From Trichoplax adhaerens (lineage: Eukaryota > Animalia > Placozoa): a stretch of 64,000 bases of DNA. The notes beneath the pieces were generated by a model that was not told the origin of the DNA, searched no databases, and saw only the letters and a list, made by a program, of their open reading frames with translations. The DNA lies in NCBI RefSeq assembly GCF_000150275.1, contig NW_002060944.1, forward strand, positions 127,614 through 191,613, written 5' to 3'. The translations under genes were made by a program, and so were the position numbers. Of the stretch, positions 1-12,592 are shown piece after piece (the stretch's first letter is position 1; each line of letters starts with the position of its first letter).

Positions 1-1026
1 ACGATCTCGCTTTGATGAATATTGTCTAATATTTGACAGACTATGAATTGGCTACTGTAACCTGACGGTCCATTTGTAAATTTGTGGGTTATTAAATCTT
101 TGTCCTAACTTTAAGAGATTTTAGGATTGATGGCGTGTATATTGTTATTGGCCTGCAAGTGATCATTTCTATTTCTGCTTGAACGTGTATATCGCTGTGA
201 TCGAAAATAGATAGAACGACAATGTCCAATTGTACAGTACAGTAGTTATTAAGAAGACTTGTTTAACTATAGTACGGGCTCTCTCTCTCTCTTCCTTTTG
301 GTAGTTTAGTACTCGCTGTGAAAGGTCATGTTATTTTTACATATCCGTTTTAGTCCTGAAAGAATACAAAGTAAACTACTCGATTTGTGAATATGAAGTT
401 CTTACTCGATTTCGTGCTACGATCGACTACGATCATCCAAAGTACAGTAGTACAGTAGATAGAAATGCAGAATTCTAAAGTTGAGAAGTACTGTACGTCC
501 AGCCTACTGTACGTATGGTCCTATTTTGTACCTACTGTATATCCATTTCGTTGTGAACAAATGGCTAGTCAATGAGTCGATATGTATTCCTACTATGGAA
601 ACAACTTGCAACAGGTACACGCCTGAACGTTGCCATCGCACAACAGCCTGTGTAGACTCTTTATCGTCGTTTTCAAAGTACAGTATCGTCCATACTGTAT
701 TTCTAAATCAGTGTCAGTGACATTGTTTTTAATTTTATTGACAGTACAGTAGAGTATTTAGGAAATCAGATGTCACCCTCTTGGAAATCGGTAGTGTAGC
801 AAATGATCTTTGTACAGTACTGTAATGTACCAGTACTACACGTCTCAGAACATTGCTGTTTGCGATATTAAAATCTCCAGAACATGATGTTACTGCATCC
901 CAAATTTGGAAATCCAGTTCGGACACATCTTTCATACAGAAATAAACAAGATGTGTCCAGACTTTCCCTGCGCCCTGGTACGTACAGTAAATATAGCTCT
1001 ACAGTATTGTACAAAGATCCATACTG

Positions 1027-1245
1027 GTACCAGTACTGCTGTAAATATATCTACATCCAATATATATATATTATATTATATTAATATTTATTATATATAA
1101 TATATATATGACATACATATATATATATATAATAATATATATATACAGTATATCAATATATACAGTAGTAACATATATATATGTCTATAACTATATATAT
1201 ATTCCCTATATTTATTTATAGCCATATTTACAGCAGTACTGGTAC
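1027..1245. repeat. Foldback/MITE-like structure: 22-bp perfect inverted repeat enclosing a (TA)n-rich tract
   Basis: GTACCAGTACTGCTGTAAATAT at 1027-1048 is the exact reverse complement of ATATTTACAGCAGTACTGGTAC at 1224-1245; the interior (~1061-1205) is degenerate (TA)n. Confidence 0.75.
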
Positions 1246-1469
1246 GGTATTGGTACCGTACTAGTACCAGTACTGCTATGGCTCTAGAGTACAATGACAA
1301 ACGTACAGTACGTAATTGACAGTCCAGTACTGTACACTCTACACTGTACAGTACAGTACATATTGTTGATTGTTGAAATGGACATTTTCTCAAGACTGCC
1401 AATCTTTCATTTATTAAATGATTTAATAGCATCCATGGCTGTCATGGATTCCCAAAAAGGACTTCTTTT

Positions 1470-2020
1470 ACTACTGTCTTATACTGTCGTCTAACTTGAA
1501 TCGTACTGTACTGTACTTGAGAGTGAATGCTGTACAGTAAAGTCAAAAACACAAATACAGTACGGTACACTACAGTACTTTACTGAGTGTACTGTGCTGT
1601 TACTGTACTGTATCGTATGCGAAGTACAGGATCACGGCGATAGATTTAGTGCGCATGCACGAATCATAGTTCGTTATCATGAATCAGCCCACGAAGAGAG
1701 CGAACCCAATTTTGACTTCTATCCGATTTGGTAGGCTATCATTTTATGCATATTAGGCGCAAAACGTAACTATAAAATCGTATGCAAAATCCTATAGCAA
1801 TCATTGCATTACAACTGTGATCTCTCTGTCGCCACAGGGCGTTAACCTCGTCTGTTGTACTGTAGAGAGACCCTTATAAGAGAGATCTCCAAGGGTCTAC
1901 ATACTGTATAGTACTGTATTGTACAGTACATACAGTACAGTACGTCCTCTACTGTACAGTGTACAGTACTGTAAATTCGTTGTGCCTTTACAGTACAGTG
2001 TACTGTAAAGGCACAGTGTA
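1470..2020. promoter_or_regulatory. TACAGTA/TACTGTA-rich proximal upstream region of the G-gamma gene, with an NRF1-like TGCGCATGCA at 1650-1659
   Basis: Dense TACAGT/ACTGTA copies at 1504-1612 and 1901-2007, just upstream of the ATG at 2165; the same arrays recur at the PDI and RhoGDI 5' ends. Confidence 0.45.
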
Positions 2021-2164
2021 CACCAGCTCACTAGGCTACATTGTACCGTGAAAGGAAACTATATTACGAGGCATTTTTGCGTAACAACAGCACTGTATGT
2101 TTTTCCACGGTTGGTTGGCAAAAAGGCTGAAAGAAAACGTTGTTGGACTTTTTTCTTGGACACG

Positions 2165-3834
2165 ATGGCCGGCGATAAAGCGCAATTGATCAAACAGAAT
2201 GAACAACTTCGCATCCACGCTAACCTTCAGCGTGTGCCAGTATCTCAATCAGCGGCTGAGTGAGTATCGTAACTGTAATATACATTTTATGATGATATCG
2301 TTTACTGTATACTTAGCGGCCGTTGCAATGATTATTGAATGCTTGCAGTTCTTGATGATAGCAGTCGTACATCAGTCAAAAGAGCCCCACCAATCATGAT
2401 GAATAGACAATTGAGTGGATGCTATTTCGTGTTGTCGAATGGCATCCGTATTCTACTTGATACTTAATGAACGAGTAGCTTGATGGATGAGGAAATTGAT
2501 CCAGTGAATAATGTGGTAATTGCCGTAGTAAAATGACTGTATTCCGGCAATTCTAGGATGGGACAACACAATTACTCCTTGCAATTAATGAATAGTATTC
2601 TCTTTTTAGTCATATTTTCACCCAATTTCTTCCATAACGACAACTTGAAAGGATAGGCGAGTAGGCCATCATGCAGTTTATTGAAGATTACCATAACATG
2701 AGCCATTTCATCTTATCGAAATCTGGTCATGTACCGATTGATTCTTTCGGCCAATGACTATTTTCTGAAGTCAAAAAAGTGAAACCGATACTCCCTATTC
2801 TACAGTATGGGTACTGTTTCAACAACGCTAGAATAGTAGTCTACACTCAATACTAGCTTGAATGATTGATTCAATATGCCCAACAGTCGTTTCCACTTTA
2901 AAACTACTGTACTGTATATATCTATACAAACGTAATACGCTGAAAACAATTTTCTATGCTAAAAATTTAATAAGTGTCCACCATGTAGAAATATTCCTAT
3001 TTCAGTAAGATAAATAATCCATTTCAAGAGGGATAGTTGTCCCGTCATTTGACCGAGAAAAGTTATCCAAATAAAAAGAAAAGTGCCTCCTTTACCTCGA
3101 CTAGTCTCGAGTATCCATACTACTACCGTATAGGTTGAAGAGTCACTCTTGGGTTACTGCACCACACGGCACTCAAGTTACGGCGTATTTTTGTCCTTTC
3201 TTTGTGTTTTCGCTCAACACCATCGCAGAGAAAATTCTACAGTGTACAGTACAGGCAAGGTTACAGTGCCTAGTATCGTGGACTGTAGAGGATTGTATGA
3301 ACATACTGTAAATCCTGACGGTATCATGACAGTATAGTACTAGAGTCGACCAGTAGGGAAAACCTAACTCTCATGGAAAGCAAGTATCCCTTGCCATTCT
3401 TACACCATTGCAGATGACGAGTGAAATAGCCACAATTGGCAAGGATTGTTATCGAAAATAAAAGCACATAATGTCTTTTAATTTACTAGTAAAGTTATAA
3501 ACCATACACTTCAATCATTCCATAGAAAGATTGGATAAGAACATCGTTCTGGTACAGTAAATTAGTTCCATGATGGAGTAGTTTATTAAGTTGATAAAAT
3601 AAAATCAATAATAATATTGGATACCAATACGGTAACTTAGCGACTACGGCAAATAACGACGCTCTGCTACTGTCAACTTTATTGTCACCTTCACAAGTAA
3701 TGGTTTGACTTTTTTCCTTTTATTGTAGCATGAAGGCCTATATCGATAGTCATATCCAAAGTGATCCATTAGTCAATCCAGTGGACAAGAAGGATAATCC
3801 ATGGGCAGACAAAAGCAAATGCACGCTGCTATAA
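2165..3834 (+). CDS. GNG: Heterotrimeric G-protein gamma subunit (G-gamma-13-like), 66 aa, 2 coding exons
   Basis: Exons 2165-2259 (GA|gtgagt) and 3729-3834 (tgtag|C) give MAGDKAQLIKQNEQLRIHANLQRVPVSQSAADMKAYIDSHIQSDPLVNPVDKKDNPWADKSKCTLL*. It has the GGL-domain DPL and NPW motifs and a CaaX box (CTLL). AATAAA at 3838-3843. Confidence 0.93.
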
Positions 3835-5196
3835 AAGAATAAAATGATTGGCAAGACGAAGAAAATAAAAAAACGGCGACATTCTAAAAATATTTAAATC
3901 GACACAAAATACTCCGCATCATCAGTATGATGAAGCATAAATTATAAAGTAGTATTAATGTATCCCTGGAAAAACCCCAATTGCATCGTTATGTTCAAAA
4001 AAAGTCAAGATAAAAATTACTCTTGTATTCGAGTCTTAATGATTACATTTACATACATAGAAAGCAGTAAATAGGATCTTCTCGAAAGCTTTCTTCACTC
4101 CTTGCCTGTCATATTGTTATCTTTTAGAAATTTCAAATGTAATACGTCGTTCTTACTTTCTCATCAGATACAGTCAGCAATGATTGTTTTACATTGACGT
4201 TTAGCATAATTTAGCTTTGCATAAATCAACAAATACAACGCATTCCTAGTATTAATGGATTTATCACTTTCTTTCTGTTCTTGATTTATGCCTTTCGATC
4301 ACCAACATATTTAAGCAAAATTCTTTGGCTGTAGGTTCGTTACTCGATCTTAACTATTCATTCAGGCATTTTTATTTCATCTGAGAAATGATTGTAGCTG
4401 CATTTTTTAAATTAAGAAGTGCTTATTAAGTGTCACAGTAAGCGTCTTTCCACCAGAGCAATAATGCCCTAAGAAAGAACAAGTCATTATCCAACATGCA
4501 ATTGGATGTGACGGTGTCACGTAGATAAGTATTGCTGTAGTATAATGATAAAGATAATTTACTTTGTCAATGATTACAAATGCATTGTGTGCCTTTTAAG
4601 TATATTTTAGATGAACTTGTCCACTGTTAAATAATTTTGAACTAATTTACACGTTGTATTTAATAATCGTCAATTCTGTAAACATGTGATATAAGCATAA
4701 AAATAAAATCGTCTTTACTTGCTAGCGTATATACCGGATTAATCGTTATTGTTAGATGTCAAAGCCTTTCAACCGATTGATAATTATAATTACAAGCAAA
4801 ATGAAGCATTATAGTTACGCTAAACTTTAATGAAACCTAATATTTGAAACTTGTACAATGGTCATTAGTTAATTTTTTTTTCCGAATAACAGGAGAATGA
4901 TATAAACTCTCGTAAATAATGTCTTTTCCTCCAATCCATAAATTGCACAAATGAATACATTTACCTGCTTAACATCTGTAAAATGCGAAAATTTGTACAA
5001 TAGTCAGCTTTAAATCGACTATCAGTTCGGAATAGAAGAATCTAACCACATAACCATAAGCATTAAAGAAAAAATCACTTTCATATCCGATCGTCAGTAC
5101 AGTAGTTGCTCTTTACTGTATCCACTAACCAGTGAATTTGGACAATGAAGGTACAGTAGATTGATAAAAGTTAGGTGGTAAGAAAATAGCAGATGC

Positions 5197-5607
5197 TTGC
5201 GCAAGACAAATGCAAGATCCGCAAATGATCGGGAAATAACAGAAAGTCATGATGTTTATTTTCAAAGAAATATTTTAATTCGATTATCAGTCCTTGATCA
5301 TAATCACCCCGATATTGCCAAATCTTACAATAATATTGGAATTATTAGCAAGAGCCAAGGCAAGAATGATGAGGCTCTACCTATGCATAAGAAAGCGCTT
5401 GAAATTCAAACTCCAGTACTTGGCAACAATCATCTCGATATTGCAAAATCGCACAGTAACATGGGGAGTGTATATTGTGAACTAGGTAAGTATGAAGAGG
5501 TTCTTGTTTAGTACGAAGTATCACTCAAAATGCGCATTTCCGTCCTTGATCATAACCAGCCCGAAATTGCAAAGTCTTACAACAGTATTGGAATTATCTA
5601 CCATTAA
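5197..5607 (+). pseudogene. Degenerate 42-aa TPR repeat fragment (KLC/NPHP3-type)
   Basis: About 2.5 HPDIAKSYNNIG-type repeats; in-frame TAG at 5509-5511, the frame resumes (YEVSLKMRISVLDHNQPEIAKSYNSIGIIYH) to TAA at 5605-5607; no convincing start. Confidence 0.8.
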
Positions 5608-5751
5608 TCTTAATAATTATAATCTTAATAATTTTTAACTTAATATTAAACGTATTGAAAATTCGTAGAGCAATTCTTATTAGAATCTAATGCGAGCTAG
5701 GAAAGATTTATCTATCTTAGGCTCCAAGCTGATGAAGTCATCGTCTAGGTA

Positions 5752-5776
5752 CAAAGATCAACTTTAGATAAATAAA
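5752..5776 (+). promoter_or_regulatory. Conserved non-coding motif CAAAGATCAA-YTTA-ATAAATAAA, copy upstream of gene A
   Basis: Starts 546 bp upstream of the ATG at 6298; near-identical copies at 25196 (546 bp upstream of the ATG at 25742) and at 21547. Confidence 0.5.
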
Positions 5777-6297
5777 TTACTTAAAGATACTCACAAATGC
5801 TACAGAATTAATATGAAAATATTACCAAAGAAAATAATTGTATTAATGCTAAGTTATTACTGTTAATATTAGAATATAATTTAATCCCGGGATTACAATT
5901 ATTATAAGTTTACGGCACAATGCGTATGATACTATAGTATTGACTAGCAATTTGGGTGAAAAAATTGAATGCAATACGTTTTTCAATAGGTATTGCTAAA
6001 AAAGTTAGTCCATTCTATTTCGTCAGGATCAACATTCATATTTTTTCAATGGATATTAAACTAATTGGGATATTGGTTGCAGCCGACGGTAAATCTTTGA
6101 GTACCTAATTGCATAATTTCGTTGATACTGGATAATTATTGAAGATATTTGTTTACCTGGCAATAAAAGTCCTTGAAAAAAGTAAAAGGTTGCATTTCAT
6201 TTGTAAATTAATAGTAGTGAAATAGATCGTTTCAAAACTATACTGAATTTATTACTCGATGATAATTCGTATTATGATTTTTATTTAAGTCTGAAGC

Positions 6298-9200
6298 ATG
6301 GACAATCAATCGGTAGCATCAGACATTGCTCAACAAATAAAATTTCTTTGCAAATTGGGGCAGCAAAATCATAAATCAAAAAAGGTCCAAGAGGCACTAT
6401 CTTATTATTCGCTAGCTTTAGAACTAATTCGGTCGTTAGCAGAAATTCCTTCCGACCTTGATGAACTTCAGTATGATATTTATCTTGCTGTTTCTGATAT
6501 TTATATACAACAAAAAGAGTGGGCTAAAGCTAGTGAATCCTGTCAGAAAGCACAAAATTTGGTAGACAAACCACACCAATTAATGAAAATTGCTCGAAAT
6601 TTAGATAGAATAGGCGAGATTAAAAGATCGTGTCGTGATTGGAATGGGGCATTGAATGAATATATAACATCTCTGGATATAAAGCTACGTGTATTAGAAA
6701 ACGACGATATCGATATTGCTGGATCATACAATAACATTGGAAATATCTATTGCGATCTAGATAAATATAAAGAATCGCTTTCTATGTATGAGAAATCACT
6801 CGAAATTTATATAGCAAGATTAGGCGATAATGATCTCCAGGTCGCCACATTATATAATATCATAGGTGTTGTCTATCATTATCAAGGCAAATGTGATGAG
6901 TCGATTTCTATGTATGAGAAATGCCTGAAAATTCGGTTATCGCAACTCGGTGATCATCATCTTGATGTTGCAACGCTATATAATAACTTGGGAGCTATTT
7001 ATCATTATCAAAGTAATTATGATCAGTCAATTTCTTGGTATAAGAAGTCATTAGACATTCAATTATCTCAATTTGGAGAATATCACCTTGATGTTGCCGA
7101 GATATATTATATCCTGGGACTTGTTTTTTACGAACAACATAAATACGATGAGTCCATTTACATATATAGGAGATCGCTAAAAATTCGATTACTGCTGCTT
7201 GGCGATAATCATCTTGATGCTGCTACATTATATAACAACCTAGGTGTTGTTTACTGTGATCAAGGCAAATATGATGAATCAATATGTATGTATAAGAAAT
7301 CTCTCCAAATTCGTTTACCACAACTTGGCGATAGTCATCTTCATGTTGCAGTCTCCTTTCATGGGTTAGGAGTTGTCTATAATGATCAAGGTAGATATGA
7401 TAAATCTCTTTCAATGTATAATAAGGCACTCAAGATTTACTTAAAACGATTTGGTGATAATCATCATTATGTTGCAAAGATATATAATAGGATAGGAAAC
7501 ATTTACAGTAATCAAGGCAAGCATGACGAAGCTTTTTCCATGTATTATCAGCTTCTAAAAATTTATTCACAAGCCTATGGGGATAATAATCATCCTGAGG
7601 TTGCTGCATTATATAAGAAATTGGGAATTGTATATTATCATCAAGCCAAATACGAACAAGCTCTTTCGATGTATCAAAATTCACTGCAAATGTATATGCA
7701 GATTTCTGATGATCAGCAACCCTTTGTTGCTGATTTATACAGCGAAATCGGTAGAGTTTATGCTAAGCTAGGGAGATTTGATGATGCTCTGTCTTTATGC
7801 CAGAAGTCATTGAGTATCATATTAAATCGGAATGGTAAAAATAATTACTATGCGGCTAAGTCGTATGAATATATGGCCTTTGTGTATTGCATTAACTCTA
7901 AGTTTGATGAAGCTATTCCTAAATATCAACAGGCAGCTACTATTCTACGTAATCTTTTAGAGGAAAATCATCCTCAAATTTCTAGACTTTACGATGATAT
8001 GGCAGATTGTTATGAACAACTGGATCGAAATAAGGAGGCTACTGATTTACGCAAAAAATCGAAATTTATTCAAAGTCAATTAAAATCTGAAGGTGCAGTA
8101 AATGAAAGACTTGTCAGTTGCGTGACACCATCTCAAGGTAATTCTTGCATAAGCGTATACATATGTAGAAGTGATTACATATTTATTTTAATACAATTTT
8201 ACAGGCGCGTAATAGACTATTCCTTATGTAGTATCCACTTCCATAAATATTATGATGATTTACTTAAATCATTCTAATATTTACATTGCTGATAGCCTTG
8301 ATTATTAAATCAAGATGAGTAATTGGGTACCGTAATTTTCAGTCGCCTTGATCCTTTTTTAGTGTGCCATGTTTTTACTAAGTAATGATTCTTTTAGACT
8401 TTATAGAGTTCGATAATATCTTAGTGCTTTAGCAATTAAGACATGGATATTAGTATCTCAGTAGCGTTTATGAAATGTATCCGTTATTAATAGCGCGTGC
8501 CTAAGTTAAATTACTATATCCCTAAAATCTGTTTGTGCATAAAAGTTAACCTTTGAATAGTATTGATAAATTAAAATGAGCATAACTGCTGCTGATATAT
8601 TCGCTTCCTACTAGTACAAAACGCATTAGCAAATTTAAGAGAATTTAAGTCCTAAAGTACTAATTTTGACTACAATAAAATGAAAGACATCAGTGAAATT
8701 CGCTTTTTCTTTTTAACAATATGTAAAACTGATTGGTGATTACTGCTAGGATGTAAAACAGTAGAAAATACAGGATCTAATCAAGATAGTAAAGTAATAT
8801 CGTCTGATGTACAACAGACGAAGGAAGACACAAAAGCCATAGAAGACTTTGAAGGTTAGTCATCAAGAGAAACCAGTCACTGGACTCTATTTTTCCTATA
8901 ATACATTAATAATTACTTTTCATGAGATGAGTAAAATATAAGTGAATTGCCTAATGTGAAAGAAATTTATCGTGAATCATGAATATAATGATATTTTACT
9001 CATTACAGATGATATAAATTAGGGTGATCATAGATTGTTTCTTTAAAATTTTTTATTACTTACAGAATTCTGCATTTTTTGAATATGCTTTAGAGAAGGA
9101 ATAGAATTACAGTATTTATATTAGTTTGATTCTATTTTAGCAATTAAGATGAAATATTAAACAATTAACGGTGAATTCATTGAATTATTTCATTTCTATT

Positions 9201-9448
9201 CTACAGTTTTTCAGCAACAGCTACCAGAATATCAAGTTTTATCTTGCGGCCGAGGTAAGAAATAATATTGGTAAAGGACAAAGATAGAATGATTTTGTGT
9301 AGAACTACATTACTACTAAGATGTATCGTAGACAGTACGGTAACTTTTCAGGTCTTTCAAGAACATTGAAATTAATCAGCTTTTAATACTTTCAATTTAT
9401 TTAATTTACCTGACTATAGAGGTTTACAATTCGTGTCTGATATTATAA
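6298..9448 (+). CDS. Gene A: TPR-repeat protein (~11 x 42-aa repeats) with a linker, ending in CaaX-like CLIL*; ~673 aa
   Basis: Exons 6298-8137, 8750-8854, 9207-9254, 9420-9448, all phase-1 GT-AG junctions. Exon 2 (...KAIEDFE) is homologous to exon 2 of genes B and C. Exons 3-4 resemble B exons 6-7. The 3' exons are less certain than exon 1. Confidence 0.8.
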
Positions 9449-9713
9449 CCAGTTAACTTCGTATTGCAAGCCTATTCCATCTAGAGGATCAGGTAGCATT
9501 ACCTTCTATGAAGTAGATGAGATTACAGTTTAAATGATATTCGAGAATGCATGGAGGAAGCATTTAGAATTTTGAATTTATAGCTGCAGGAAGGTTGTCA
9601 GAAAGCTGGTGTTTGTGAATTGATATAGGCCTAAAGTGCTAGGGGTTAATATGGTAATGTAAATCTGATGGAGGAGGAATTGGATCAGCGAACTTTGCAG
9701 TATAGTCTGTGAC
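9420..9713 (+). pseudogene. Decayed death-domain exon at the 3' end of gene A
   Basis: Begins EVYNSC (gene B last exon: ESFNKCFDI). After a 1-nt shift it reads DIITS*LRIASLFHL..., then in another frame MEEAFRILNL*LQEGCQKAGVCELI*A*SARG*, a death-domain helix 4-6 pattern with several stops. Confidence 0.6.
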
Positions 9714-10654
9714 ATGCAGACTTCTTGTCCGAGTTATAGAAATGGGCAAAGAATAAGCAAAGTGATGTCATGTAATATATAGAATTGCTAAAAAATAACG
9801 CTTTCAAGTAATTATGAACATCTCTAAATTAATTTCAAGTATTTTACTAGTTAAGGTTGCTGTTTTGGTATTGTAAATATTAAATTAATACTTAAATCGA
9901 TAACTTCAACATCGTAAAGTAATGTGGTCGCTACATAAAATCATCAGAGATAGTTCTCCATTGATCATCTTGCATGGTGAAGTGCCACTAGGTAGCAGCT
10001 AGATGAGGCAGATATTATTAACAGTAAATGTAATTTCTTAACGTAAAATGTTTGATTGGTGAAATTTAAAGTACCGGTATTCTTCTGGAATTGAAACGTT
10101 TTTATATTACTGTCAATTAATTATATACTTCAATTTTTCAATATAATTCGATATGAAATCATGATTTAAATTATTTGAAACGGGGTGTATGGCTCAATTA
10201 ATTTAATTTAAAAACAAGATTTGCAACTAGACTTTGTATTATTGAAGCTAAAAATAATTTACAACCGATGGAGAACTCTTAAAATCTCGTTTTTGATTAC
10301 TGAATTGCTAGAGACAACGTAGTTCTGGTATTTTCGACTTTGAATTAAAAATTTTGATGGCACATGGATACATGAAACCAAGAAAGTCTAGTGAAAGAAT
10401 CAAGCGATTCTAATTGAGTCGAGTTAACTCGTTACGGAGGTGATCTTTTTAAAGTTTGACGGTTAACTTTACTGGAATTTGCATAAAATAATGAGGATCA
10501 ATCTTTCCTGAATCTTCTACCTCTTTAACTCGAACTCAGTAGTTTTACTATTCCAGTTGTGTTTATTGATAATGAATGAGATAGATCATTGATAAAGTTT
10601 ACTATGGTTACCGCGCCATTATTTTCTGGCCAATATCATCTTTCGTTATCGTAG

Positions 10655-11180
10655 TACTAGACTAGATGGCCATTGCAACTATCTTTACTGTCGCGGTCCT
10701 CACCGACTACTTTCTGACAAGCTTACTAGTCTAACATTAAGCTCTTACCGTAAATTGTTTGTACAGATTGATACCCTAATCTAACGTAATATCGAATCTA
10801 ATTCTAGTGCTGCAATCCTAACAGCTCAGAACGACCTTTTTAAAAGGCTACTCATTATTTGTTAAGCATTATTACAATATTACTAGACTGGATGGCGATT
10901 TCATCTAATTTACTTTCGCGGTTCTTACTGACTCCTTCCCGACAAGTTTACTAGTTTAACATCAAGCTCTTTCTGAGAGTTGCTTGTGCAAATTGATGCC
11001 CTAAGCTACTGTAAGATCCAGTCTAATTCTAGTGCTGCTACTCTAACAACACGGAATTACCCTTTTGAAAGGCTACTCATTATTTGCTAAGCATTACTAC
11101 AGTAATACTAGACTTGGTCCCTATTTCATCTATTTTACTATATCGGTCCTCACCGATTACTTCCCGACCAGTTTATTAGC
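10655..11180. repeat. Diverged tandem repeat, ~225-226 bp unit, ~2.3 copies
   Basis: Units start TACTAGACT at 10655, 10881 and 11106; shared blocks include TCTAATTCTAGTGCTGC and AAAGGCTACTCATTATTTG. Confidence 0.85.
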
Positions 11181-11940
11181 TGTTATAATACCGTTAGAAT
11201 CCGAAAGTATTAATTTTATAATTGCCTTACTGATACTAAATTTAGTACAACTATTATTAGAGTATTTTGATATTATGATTATGATTACATGTTTCATGTT
11301 ATAGTCGCCGAACGTTGTTCTAGACAAGAGTCTTAGAGAAAGTGGGTTAACGTGGGGAAATCGTTTTCCATAATTAGTGGAGTGATGAAGACTAAATTAA
11401 GAGATAGAGATAGCAATAATAATATGTTTACGCATAGACGTTTTCTATACTGTATAATCAGAGTTTCTCTTAGAATAAAGACTACAGCTGCTAACGACTT
11501 TAGTTAAGACTTGGCTTTGTGTCTTAAAAGTTAACTTGTGTTTTTCTTGTTGCAGTTGCTGAGTTGTGGCACTAGTCTAGCATCAATCTCTTGCAAGAGG
11601 ATAATATTATCAGAAAGAAAGCACTGTACAAACAGAACCTTTCTACACTGTATAGTCTAATTGCAACATCATTTTGGATGTGTCGAAATGGGTGGACTGT
11701 ACACCGTACAGTGTATATATATTATGCACTCGAGATTGCAATTTTTGCATCAATTTATACAAAATTGATGCAAAGGATGGGTATTTTTGAAGCGTTTTAC
11801 TTCTGGTTTTTTACCATTCCAACATATCAAAGAAAATAGAACACATTACAGTATATAGGTAGACACAGATTTCTATGTTCTCTTTTACTGTGGTTTAACA
11901 TGGAAACATGTTAAGCCATGTTCAGGGTGGAAGGGTGGGG

Positions 11941-12075
11941 TTATAGTATTACTGTTACCATAACAACTGAGAATTACGCTTCTTAAAAGATCAAAATCAG
12001 CCAAGTGTGCGCGATTATAGTATTGCTACGATAACGGCTCAGAACTACTTTTCTAAAAGGCTTAAAATCAGTCGA
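11941..12075. repeat. Short tandem duplication (~74 bp), related to part of the 226-bp unit
   Basis: TTATAGTATT...ATAAC...AGAA...AAAATCAG occurs twice; it resembles CTAACAGCTCAGAACGACCTTTTTAAAAGGC near 10818. Confidence 0.55.
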
Positions 12076-12140
12076 GATACACTGTACTATAATCCGTAAA
12101 AGTAAACTACTGCATCGATTCAACTTTTCTACGTTGTACT

Positions 12141-12359
12141 GTAGAGTGTTTGGTGCGATAACACTTTAAGTAGATAACATTCAAGTTGGAAGTCATAACA
12201 AGTCTTTGATTTAACATTTTAACGTACGCTTATGGGATGGTAGTGAAGGATAGAAGATCATTGTAGAGTGTTTGATGAGATAACGCTTAAAGTAGCTAAC
12301 ATTCAAGTTGGAAGCCGTAACAAGTCCTTGGCTATACATTTTAACGAACTCCTGTGGGA
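12141..12359. repeat. Direct tandem duplication, ~122 bp unit, upstream of gene B
   Basis: GTAGAGTGTTTG...GATAAC...AAGTAG.TAACATTCAAGTTGGAAG...TAACAAGTC...ACATTTTAACG at 12141 and 12263. Confidence 0.85.
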
Positions 12360-12592
12360 GTTTGGGATGGTCAATTGGTATTGTATGATAGAAAATAGTT
12401 TTAGGATAGTTGCAGTCATTGGATAGGCCACAAATTTTCTCAATCAACGCATCCCAGGCAGATGCCATTTTAAATAGCGTTGGCTAATTAGCTTGAGGAA
12501 TAACATAGAAGTAAGAATAAATTCTTGACGGATCACTGAATAGCAGCTAAGGTACACGTGTTAGACAGTGTATCTCTTTCGATCTATTCGAT

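Noticed and set aside
481-1494. Several 64-113 aa ORFs rich in Y/C/T/V/I
   Set aside because: They are translations of TACAGT arrays and (TA)n; no protein features.
8138-8277. C-terminal extensions of ORF-track proteins (also 13596-13615, 17657-17733, 27582-27607)
   Set aside because: Read-through into introns past GT donors; homologous in-frame exons exist downstream.
10655-11180. CRISPR-like or coding-repeat interpretation of the 226-bp repeats
   Set aside because: Eukaryotic context, long diverged units without repeat-spacer structure, unit length not a constant multiple of 3, and stops present.
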